Assembly (NCBI GenBank): GCA_047617745.1
Contig: JBLGBN010000001.1
Location: 1-64,000 of the forward strand
Length of the DNA: 64,000 bases
Direction: 5' to 3'
From: Candidatus Nanohaloarchaea archaeon
GTDB lineage: Archaea; Nanohalarchaeota; Nanosalinia; Nanosalinales; Nanosalinaceae
Part shown: in pieces, positions 19,226-27,130 of the stretch
Layout: every line of letters starts with the position of its first letter
How positions within the stretch are numbered: position 1 is the first letter of the stretch
Made by a program: the position numbers and the translations under genes
Notes under the pieces: generated by a model
The model's input: only the letters and a program-made list of their open reading frames with translations
What the model was told of the DNA's origin: nothing
Databases searched by the model: none

Positions 19226-21157
19226 ATGTATATGTCATTTCTAAAATCGGTCAAAGATGCTTTCTCGGAGAACGATGAGGGAGACGGTAGAGACCTAACT
19301 TTCGATGTAGAAGATGAAGGACTCGACTTCACACTCAGCGACAAGCAGGATATCAAGATAACCAGCAAGATCGATAAACTGGCAGACGTCGATGTGAAGT
19401 ATCCGTTGATTAAACCTTTCGCCTACGCCCATGTCAAATGGAATGAAGATGAGAAGGAGATTATCTACAGAGTAATAGAGCCTGAAATGGACGAAGAAGC
19501 GGAAGAGCTCCTGAGCGTAGTGAAGGAAAACCTATCCGAGAAAATTGATATCTCTCTAAGCTCTATGGGCGGCAGAGAAAAAATTATCGATTATCTTGAA
19601 GATCAGATCAACGATCTGATGATAGAGCTTGGTATAAGCATGACTGAGGAGCAGCACAAAAAGATACTATACTACGTTTACAGGGACTTCGTGGGGCTTG
19701 GGAAAGTTGAGCCTTTGATGCACGACCCGTATATAGAAGACCTGGGCTGTGATGGAACAGGAACACCTATCTTCGCAGTCCACTCCGAATTTGGATCGGT
19801 AAAATCAAGCGTGGTCTACGATGATCAGGAAGATCTTGAGAACCTTGTAATCAAGCTAGCGGAGAGATGCGGCCGCTACGTTTCGTACGCAAATCCGTTG
19901 CTGGACGGCGCACTTCCAGACGGTTCAAGAGTTAACGCTTCACTGACAGAGGATGTCACCGCTCACGGACCAACCTTCTCCATCAGAAAGTTCCAGGAGA
20001 CACCTTTCTCAGCGGTTGACATGATGGATTTAGGAACTGCAAACGCAGAAATCATGGCATACATGTGGATTCTCCAGCAGTACCAGCAGTCAATCCTGAT
20101 CTGCGGAGGTACATCTACCGGAAAAACCAGCTTCCTGAATGCAACGGTGTCATTCATACCTCCAGAAGACAAGATTGTTTCAATTGAGGATACGAGGGAG
20201 CTTCAGCTTCCGCACGAGAACTGGATTCCATCGGTTACAAGAGAGATGTTTGGAACCTCAAGTCAGGGAGACGTCGACATGGACCAGCTCCTCAAGGAGT
20301 CGTTCCGTCAGAACCCAGATTATGTTGTGGTCGGTGAGGTTAGAGGAGAGGAGGCTTCAGTCCTGTTCCAGGGTATGTCCTCGGGGCATCCTTCAATCGG
20401 AACTATGCACGCATCCTCACCTAACGCCGTGGTCAAAAGACTGACCACCCCGCCAATTTCGCTATCCCCTGCCCTGATAGAGGCTATAGATGTCATGGTT
20501 ATAATGACACACGCAAAAGGGGTAGAGAAATCTGCCAGAAGAGTGAAAAACGTGCACGAGCTGCAGAAAGTAGTCGGAGAATCCGCCTCCGCAAGAACCA
20601 ACCAGGCATTCTCATGGACTGCCACCGATGACTCATTCAACAAAAGAGGGGAACCCTATCTTTTCGATCAGATAAGCAAAGACTACGGTGTCAGCAAGCA
20701 GAAACTGCTGGATGAGCTGGAGAAAAGAACTCAGTTACTCGAATGGCTGCAGGAAAAGGGGGTAAAAGATTTCGACAAGGTCTCCAGTATCGTAGCAGAA
20801 TATTACAAGAACAAAGAAGAGATCCTAAAAATGATAAACTCGGAGGCAGACGAGTATAAACTTGAAGATGTTATCGAAGCCGAATCCAAGGTTGATCTTT
20901 CACGACCTGACCAACTGGATAAGGCGATGAAAAACAGTAAAGAGGAGTCGCTCGAAGACCAGATAAATGATATTGACGGTGATGCAGATGTTGAAATCAA
21001 AAAGGAGTCAGAAAATAACCCTGTGGCCGAACTTGAGAAAAAGCTGAAATCGGAGAGGGAGAAAATCGAGAAAGTCAGATCCCGAACACCCGAGCAGAGA
21101 GATCAAGATCCCTTTGAAAAATCCGAAAACGTAGAAGAGGATCCCTTCGAGGCATAA
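19226..21157 (+). CDS. type IV pilus / type II-IV secretion ATPase (PilB/FlaI family)
   Basis: Walker A GGTSTGKT, SIEDTRE, RQNPDYVVVGEVRG, TMHA. Confidence 0.93.
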   Translation: MYMSFLKSVKDAFSENDEGDGRDLTFDVEDEGLDFTLSDKQDIKITSKIDKLADVDVKYPLIKPFAYAHVKWNEDEKEIIYRVIEPEMDEEAEELLSVVKENLSEKIDISLSSMGGREKIIDYLEDQINDLMIELGISMTEEQHKKILYYVYRDFVGLGKVEPLMHDPYIEDLGCDGTGTPIFAVHSEFGSVKSSVVYDDQEDLENLVIKLAERCGRYVSYANPLLDGALPDGSRVNASLTEDVTAHGPTFSIRKFQETPFSAVDMMDLGTANAEIMAYMWILQQYQQSILICGGTSTGKTSFLNATVSFIPPEDKIVSIEDTRELQLPHENWIPSVTREMFGTSSQGDVDMDQLLKESFRQNPDYVVVGEVRGEEASVLFQGMSSGHPSIGTMHASSPNAVVKRLTTPPISLSPALIEAIDVMVIMTHAKGVEKSARRVKNVHELQKVVGESASARTNQAFSWTATDDSFNKRGEPYLFDQISKDYGVSKQKLLDELEKRTQLLEWLQEKGVKDFDKVSSIVAEYYKNKEEILKMINSEADEYKLEDVIEAESKVDLSRPDQLDKAMKNSKEESLEDQINDIDGDADVEIKKESENNPVAELEKKLKSEREKIEKVRSRTPEQRDQDPFEKSENVEEDPFEA

Positions 21158-21160
21158 CCG

Positions 21161-21799
21161 ATGAAACGAATAAAAACAGGTATTCACAACGTAGACCGAC
21201 TTCTAGGGGGAGGAATACCGGAGAAGGAAACACTCCTTGTAAAGGGTGAGCCGGGGGCAGGTAAGACAAATCTGGGCCTCGAATTTCTATACAGAGGCGC
21301 CATAAATGGTCAGAACGGTCTTTATATCTCATTTCAGGATACAGAGGATGACGTTTTGCGTGCAAACACCTTTGAATGGGATTTTAAGGGGCAGGTCGAC
21401 CAGGGCAGGATCAATATACGCAAAATGGATCCCTACAGATACGAACAGGTGCCTGACATGATAAGAGGTATGATAAAAGAGAATAACGCGGATAGAGTTG
21501 TTGTAGATCCTATAACAGATCTAGATCTTTACATTGAATCTCGAAAGGATATCAGGAAGAACCTCCTTGCGATAAAGAGGGAAATCAGCAATCTTGGCGC
21601 AACCTCCCTTCTACTGGCCGAAAACGAGGAGGCAACAGAGATAGAGGATGAAATAGCTGACGGAATAATAAATATGGAGGTCGTAAGGGAGCAAGGCCGG
21701 GTTAAGAGAGAAATTTATATCAAAAAACTGAGAGGATCAGATTACAACCATAGCGTCCATAACTATATTTTCAACAGCGACGGCCTGAAGGTCCAATGA
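21161..21799 (+). CDS. KaiC/RAD55-family ATPase
   Basis: IKTGI..DRLLGGGIP, GEPGAGKT, KLRGS. Confidence 0.9.
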   Translation: MKRIKTGIHNVDRLLGGGIPEKETLLVKGEPGAGKTNLGLEFLYRGAINGQNGLYISFQDTEDDVLRANTFEWDFKGQVDQGRINIRKMDPYRYEQVPDMIRGMIKENNADRVVVDPITDLDLYIESRKDIRKNLLAIKREISNLGATSLLLAENEEATEIEDEIADGIINMEVVREQGRVKREIYIKKLRGSDYNHSVHNYIFNSDGLKVQ

Positions 21800-22719
21800 G
21801 CCACAATCCATTTGACACCAGTTTTCTAGAAAGAATCAAGCAGGCGGCAAAGACAGATAATCTTGACGCAGCCGCCAATGCAGTATTCGGTCCAACAGTA
21901 GATAAATATGGAGAAGAGTTCGAGGACCTGAAAGAGGATCTACAGAAAGCAGATATAGATGTTCTATACAGGACCTATGTCTCCAAAATGTTCCTGTACA
22001 GCACTTTCATGTTCATACTCGGGCTAATAGCAGGGGTCAGTATCATAGCAAGCGGCGGACTGTCAGTATTTGAAGCGGTAAGGTATCTTTTCGGAGTCCC
22101 TCTAGCATTCTCACTTGTAACGTTTGGTTTCATGTACCTTTATCCATCCCAAAAGGCCAAAAGACGTAAGAAGAATATAGATGATAACCTGCCGTTTGCC
22201 CTCAATCATCTGGGAGCTATCGCCACCTCTGGAATCCCGCCTAAATCAATGTTCGAACTCCTTGATACGTTTGACGAATACGAGGGTATCTCAGACGAGG
22301 CAGGGGAGATATCCAGAAGAGTAAACGTTTTCGGTGAGGACCTTACAACCGCTCTCAAACAGGTAGCTGATAAATCGCCGAGCGAGGACTGGGCAGAGGT
22401 ACTTTACGGGATTATCTCAACAGTCGAAACAGGGGGAGATCTCAAATCCTACCTGCAGGAGAAATCTGACGAAGCACTTTTCGATTACAACCAGCAGAGG
22501 CAGAGAGAAATCCAAAAACTCAGCACCTACGCCTCGTTCTACACAGCTATACTAATCGCCGCGCCAGTCTTCCTCGTTGTCGTCCTTGCCGTTATGAACC
22601 TGCTTGGAGGCACAATTGGCGGGTTTGCAATCCAAGAGTTGATGTGGCTCGGCGTCCATATAATCATCCCTACGATAAACGCTTTATTCGTCGCCTTCCT
22701 GGCGTTAACGGTGGATTAA
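21796..22719 (+). CDS. pilus platform membrane protein (TadC/PilC, T2SS F family)
   Basis: IDDNLPFAL..A.SG; GEDLTTAL; GGDL..YL; multiple TMs. Confidence 0.9.
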   Translation: MSHNPFDTSFLERIKQAAKTDNLDAAANAVFGPTVDKYGEEFEDLKEDLQKADIDVLYRTYVSKMFLYSTFMFILGLIAGVSIIASGGLSVFEAVRYLFGVPLAFSLVTFGFMYLYPSQKAKRRKKNIDDNLPFALNHLGAIATSGIPPKSMFELLDTFDEYEGISDEAGEISRRVNVFGEDLTTALKQVADKSPSEDWAEVLYGIISTVETGGDLKSYLQEKSDEALFDYNQQRQREIQKLSTYASFYTAILIAAPVFLVVVLAVMNLLGGTIGGFAIQELMWLGVHIIIPTINALFVAFLALTVD

Positions 22720-23928
22720 ATGAACACAAAAATGCTTAAACTGAAAATCAAGAATTACTGGAGAAAGAACGAGAAGCTGATACTGGCAATCATCGGCGCC
22801 TTTATCCTCGGAGTTGCTATAGCCGGTCTTAACTACGTAAACCACCAGAACTCTCTGGTAAAATTCCAGAGTTCTCAACCACAGATAATTGACAGTCAGA
22901 ACCAGGCAAGCTTCAGCTTCGAAGTGGAGAATCCTTCGGTAGCTCAGACCCAGATGGAGGTCAGATTTGAAGGCGTAGCAGAAGGTAATCCTGTAGCAGT
23001 CTCAATTAATGGAGAAAGATTCACCCGGATAGAGGCTAACTCGGATCTGGTAAATATACCCTCTGAACAACTTCAAGAGGAAAACGAAGTAAACATCACC
23101 AATACAGGTCTAGGGATCGACCAGCAGAGACTGATATATGCAAGGGTAACATCCACCACGAACCTTCAGGAGCTTATGTTCGTCATCCTTAATCTTGTGG
23201 CGCTTCTCTTGATCGCCGCTCCTGTCATGTACATAAAGTACGAGCAGTACATGGCTCGGAAAAAGATGCAGGAGAAATTCCCCGAGTTCCTGCGCGACGT
23301 AGTGGAAGGTACCAGGGCCGGTATGTCCCTGCCTCAGGCCATTAAAAACACTGAAACCGGGAGTTACGGACCGCTAGATCAGAAGATTGAGAAGATGAAC
23401 GCCCAGCTTGACTGGGGAATACCGTTCGAAAAAGTCCTGAGAAACTTCGGTGAAGACACAGGATCACCGGTAATCAGGAGAAGCGTTGACACCATAATAC
23501 AGGCCTATTCATCAGGAGGAAATATCCAGGATGTACTTGAATCAGTAGGAGAGAATATCAGGACAATCAAAAAGCTGAAAGAAAAGAGAGAATCACAGCT
23601 TTACGGCGAAATGATAACCGGTTACGTAGTATTCTTCATATTTATAGGCATACTTGTGGCTCTAACAGAATTCCTGCTCCCTAACCTAGCCTCAGCCCAG
23701 CAGTCGCTCGGAGGGAGCGGGAGTTTCTCGGTACTTGGAGGCGGAGGCTCCAACCTGCAGGAAAACATTTCACTTTACAACGAATGGTTTAGAAGGCTGG
23801 TCTACATACAGGCATTCTTCTCAGGCCTGATAATCGGTAAACTCTCAGAAGGCGAGCTAAAAGCCGGATTCAAACATATGGCAATCCTGTTCGCCGCAGG
23901 ATACCTGGCAGTCACCTTCTTCCTCTAG
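22720..23928 (+). CDS. pilus platform membrane protein (TadB/C-like) with an inserted beta-rich domain
   Basis: FPEFLRD...AGMSLPQA, WGIPF, QAFFSGLIIGKLSEG. Confidence 0.88.
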   Translation: MNTKMLKLKIKNYWRKNEKLILAIIGAFILGVAIAGLNYVNHQNSLVKFQSSQPQIIDSQNQASFSFEVENPSVAQTQMEVRFEGVAEGNPVAVSINGERFTRIEANSDLVNIPSEQLQEENEVNITNTGLGIDQQRLIYARVTSTTNLQELMFVILNLVALLLIAAPVMYIKYEQYMARKKMQEKFPEFLRDVVEGTRAGMSLPQAIKNTETGSYGPLDQKIEKMNAQLDWGIPFEKVLRNFGEDTGSPVIRRSVDTIIQAYSSGGNIQDVLESVGENIRTIKKLKEKRESQLYGEMITGYVVFFIFIGILVALTEFLLPNLASAQQSLGGSGSFSVLGGGGSNLQENISLYNEWFRRLVYIQAFFSGLIIGKLSEGELKAGFKHMAILFAAGYLAVTFFL

Positions 23929-23966
23929 AACAAACCAATTTAAACAAGCAGAAGAGAGGTTTACCT

Positions 23967-24392
23967 ATGAATCGGAAAGGAGTTTCACCAATTATTGCAT
24001 CAGTACTTCTGTTGGCGGTAAGTCTGGCAGTTGTGAGTATATTCTCAGGCTGGGCGCCAGAACTAGCACAGGATGTAACTCAGGAAACAACTGACAACAC
24101 ATTCGAAACAATATCATGTAACGAAGCCTCAGTTGAGATCCGATCCGCATACTTTGGCGATAACGATGTGACACTCTCAGTTAGAAACACAGGAACTGAA
24201 GATCTCAATAATCTATCGCTCGTAGCCTATGCCGATAACCAAACAATTCTAAATGATACCGAAGCAAGCATACCAAGAGGACAGCTATCTGAAGAAACAA
24301 TCGAATCTGTAGGAGTAGAACCAGCGTATGTAGAAGCGCTCTCACAGCAATGTGGTTCCGTAACCTACAGAACCGACGATATCAGTACGTAG
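23967..24392 (+). CDS. archaeal type IV pilin
   Basis: class III signal RKG|VSPIIASVLLLAVSL. Confidence 0.9.
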   Translation: MNRKGVSPIIASVLLLAVSLAVVSIFSGWAPELAQDVTQETTDNTFETISCNEASVEIRSAYFGDNDVTLSVRNTGTEDLNNLSLVAYADNQTILNDTEASIPRGQLSEETIESVGVEPAYVEALSQQCGSVTYRTDDIST

Positions 24393-24396
24393 AGCG

Positions 24397-24825
24397 ATGA
24401 AAGGTTTATCCCAGGTTATCACCTCGGCGCTTATCCTTGCGGTCGGAATCTCGGTTGCCGGAGTCTACGCCAACTGGGCTCCTGACTTCGCAGAAAGAGT
24501 CGCGGAAGATACAGCAGACCAGCAGAACCAAGACTTAAGATGTAGAAACGCAGGCATAAGAATAAATGGCGCAGTTTATGATCTTACAGGCAATTTTACC
24601 GAGGTCGAAATAACTAATATAGGTACGATAGATCTTAGAGACGACCTTACTGTTACCTCAGTCAATCAGTCAAGAGTTATAGGAAATAAGGAAATAAACC
24701 AGATAGAGGTAGAATCCACACGTATAGTACAGGTAGAAAGTGATGAAAAACCTGAATCAGTAGTTATAACAAGCAGCGGCTGTCCAGATCTTGAAGCTTC
24801 AATCCAGAATATAGAAGAGAAATAG
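24397..24825 (+). CDS. archaeal type IV pilin
   Basis: class III signal KG|LSQVITSALILAVGI. Confidence 0.88.
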   Translation: MKGLSQVITSALILAVGISVAGVYANWAPDFAERVAEDTADQQNQDLRCRNAGIRINGAVYDLTGNFTEVEITNIGTIDLRDDLTVTSVNQSRVIGNKEINQIEVESTRIVQVESDEKPESVVITSSGCPDLEASIQNIEEK

Positions 24826-24826
24826 A

Positions 24827-25345
24827 CTAACAGTATTCTCCTATACACATCTCTCCATCCGAAGAAGATATATTATTACCATTCATATCAACACCGCTGT
24901 AGGAATTTATCCCACCATCCGCTCCAATAGTGCCTCCAACATCCAGAGCGTTACCAGTATTAACCGGGGCGTTTACATCCAGATACCCCCCAACCGCTAA
25001 CGGGGATGCTCCCGGATTCAAGAAGTTGATTTGTGAAACATTATTGGAGTTCAGATCCAGGTTAGAGGCTATTAAATCCCACTCATCGTTCTGGTAGTCA
25101 AGCACAAACTCCTGAGCTTCACCGGGATGAGTTATTTTAAAGCCATTTATCAGAAAACCCGGGCTCCCTATACCGTTATTCAGCCTAATACTTGATACAT
25201 TCTCAATATTATAGTTTGACATGTTGAGGTCCGTGTCAACAGGCACTATCTCCGAGAGCGGATGACTCTGCGGTGGCTGTGGGGCGACACCGCTCAGAGA
25301 AAGCACAGCTACAGCCGAAGCCAGAAAAAGTATTTTCAGTTTCAC
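24827..25345 (-). CDS. secreted protein, short paralogue of the 27120-29768 fibre-like protein
   Basis: signal peptide plus APQPPQSHPLSEI.PVDTDL..LDYQNDEWD shared with the 882-aa ORF. Confidence 0.8.
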   Translation of the reverse strand: MKLKILFLASAVAVLSLSGVAPQPPQSHPLSEIVPVDTDLNMSNYNIENVSSIRLNNGIGSPGFLINGFKITHPGEAQEFVLDYQNDEWDLIASNLDLNSNNVSQINFLNPGASPLAVGGYLDVNAPVNTGNALDVGGTIGADGGINSYSGVDMNGNNISSSDGEMCIGEYC

Positions 25346-25428
25346 ACAGTAAACATTGGTTTACTGAATTAAATAACTGCTCAAGAACCGATCAAAACAT
25401 AATTTCAAACCTTTATGAACCTGAGAAT

Positions 25429-26850
25429 CTAATTACCAGGTTTCAATACTCTTCTCTCGTTACCACTGGCGTCTACATAATGTATCATATCATTTTCGAT
25501 CCAAACCGTCCCAGGGGCTGCCCCCGGATTCTGACCTGTATCTTCAGCTGTAAAGCTTCTCTCATCTCCATTTTGATCTATCCAATGTATTGCCGAATTT
25601 TCAATCCACCACGATCCTTGAGCTCCATCACTAGATGAAGTAACTAAATTTACATTGTCAAGAAGTCGCTCAGTAGAGCCATCCGCCCAATGTATCTCAT
25701 CGTTTTCGATCCAAACCGACCCTTTTGGTGCAGCAGAGTTAGAATTTGATACCACATTTGTCGTGGTAAAACTCCGGCTAACAGTACTAGACGTAGCACC
25801 ATAGTCGTCTTCAGCGTAGACCTGGAAATCATAATTTTCTCCCGGTTGATCTGCCGAAGAATACGTTACCGTACAAAACTGTCCATTTACAGCGTCACAT
25901 GAACCAATACTGGAACCTGACCCTGTTTCAAAATAAAGCGTCCCCTCATCAGCATCTGGATCGGAATAGGTTGCTCCCACATAGGGTGAAAGAACAGTAT
26001 TATCTCCAGAAGGTCGAACGCTTGATGGATTATCAGGTGCGTTATTGGCTTCAGTTGTGAAGCTCCATGTAGAACTCTTTTTACTAACTCCATTACCATC
26101 ATTTATTTCAACATACCAACTATAGGTAGTGCTAGGGCTATCAGCTTGAGAAAATTCAACTGTGGCCGTTCCACCACTTTCAGCCTGCGTATCAGATATA
26201 AAAGAATCATCAGAGGCATCATAGAAATCAACATTTATATCATCATTTTCAGGATCCGAAACATCTACAGAAAGAGTCGGCGATCTAGGTACGCCCGAAG
26301 CGCCATTCGGAGAGGGATTAGTAGGATCATTCGGTAGTTCGTTAACTTTGTCGTTGTTGTATTTACAGGCCGTATGAGCGCTCCAAGTCCAGTAACCGCT
26401 GTCATCATCTCTAACCCAGCATAAAGCCTCTATTTCTGGAATATTGCCAGTAGTATCTTGTACCCTTATTTCTTTTTCATCATTTCCAGTCCACATCTGA
26501 TCGTAGTTGCTACACCCATTTTCATCACAGTTAAAGTCAGCGGACGAACAATCTTCCGTTCCTTGAGGATTTTTATCTATATACAGTTTGAATTCATCAC
26601 CAGACCCGGTACACTGTGCATAGTACTCACCATAGTTGACAGCTCTATACTGCGTACACTGCTTTCCATATGCGTCAGTAAGCCTGATCTCAGATTCAGC
26701 GTATGCAGATTGATAAGAATTAGAGCTTGAATAAGTGGTGTATTCGCCACAAACAGGCGCAGCTCCAGCAGATTGAAAAGATAACATTAAAAACCAAGTA
26801 ATGAAGATGAAGTAAATTTTACCTCTCTGCTGATCGAGTTTCTTGTACAA
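25429..26850 (-). CDS. secreted protein: Cys-rich N-domain, two FnIII/Ig-like domains, three G..WIEN..IHW.D..G.ER repeats
   Basis: signal-like segment ending AGA; P.NPSP..YSWYV..WSFTT Ig/FnIII pattern; start uncertain (TTG 26850 vs longer). Confidence 0.75.
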   Translation of the reverse strand: MYKKLDQQRGKIYFIFITWFLMLSFQSAGAAPVCGEYTTYSSSNSYQSAYAESEIRLTDAYGKQCTQYRAVNYGEYYAQCTGSGDEFKLYIDKNPQGTEDCSSADFNCDENGCSNYDQMWTGNDEKEIRVQDTTGNIPEIEALCWVRDDDSGYWTWSAHTACKYNNDKVNELPNDPTNPSPNGASGVPRSPTLSVDVSDPENDDINVDFYDASDDSFISDTQAESGGTATVEFSQADSPSTTYSWYVEINDGNGVSKKSSTWSFTTEANNAPDNPSSVRPSGDNTVLSPYVGATYSDPDADEGTLYFETGSGSSIGSCDAVNGQFCTVTYSSADQPGENYDFQVYAEDDYGATSSTVSRSFTTTNVVSNSNSAAPKGSVWIENDEIHWADGSTERLLDNVNLVTSSSDGAQGSWWIENSAIHWIDQNGDERSFTAEDTGQNPGAAPGTVWIENDMIHYVDASGNERRVLKPGN

Positions 26851-26854
26851 AAAA

Positions 26855-27130
26855 TCAGTTGGTGGAATTAGAGCCGCCACCGCCTCCATCACCTCCTCCG
26901 TCAATTATGCCTACAGACTCCGCATTAGAAGAATTAGAACTATTTTCCGCTGTAGTTGAGTAATTTCTTAACTTATCAATGGCGTAATCTGAGCTTGAAT
27001 CTATAGAGCTACATTTAGATTCAAGAATTCCTGTCTCAAATTTAAAACAACTTGAAACAGCTACAACTAAGGTTAGCAAAACAAGAACCATTAAAGAGAT
27101 ATTACGCGCGGAATTAAAATCAATAAGCAT
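26855..27130 (-). CDS. small secreted/anchored protein with Gly/Ser tail
   Basis: ATG overlaps the end of the upstream gene; hydrophobic N-terminus. Confidence 0.55.
   Translation of the reverse strand: MLIDFNSARNISLMVLVLLTLVVAVSSCFKFETGILESKCSSIDSSSDYAIDKLRNYSTTAENSSNSSNAESVGIIDGGGDGGGGGSNSTN

Noticed and set aside
19226..24825. Archaellum operon
   Set aside because: No FlaF/FlaG or archaellin-type genes; two separate platform genes and short pilins fit a type IV pilus
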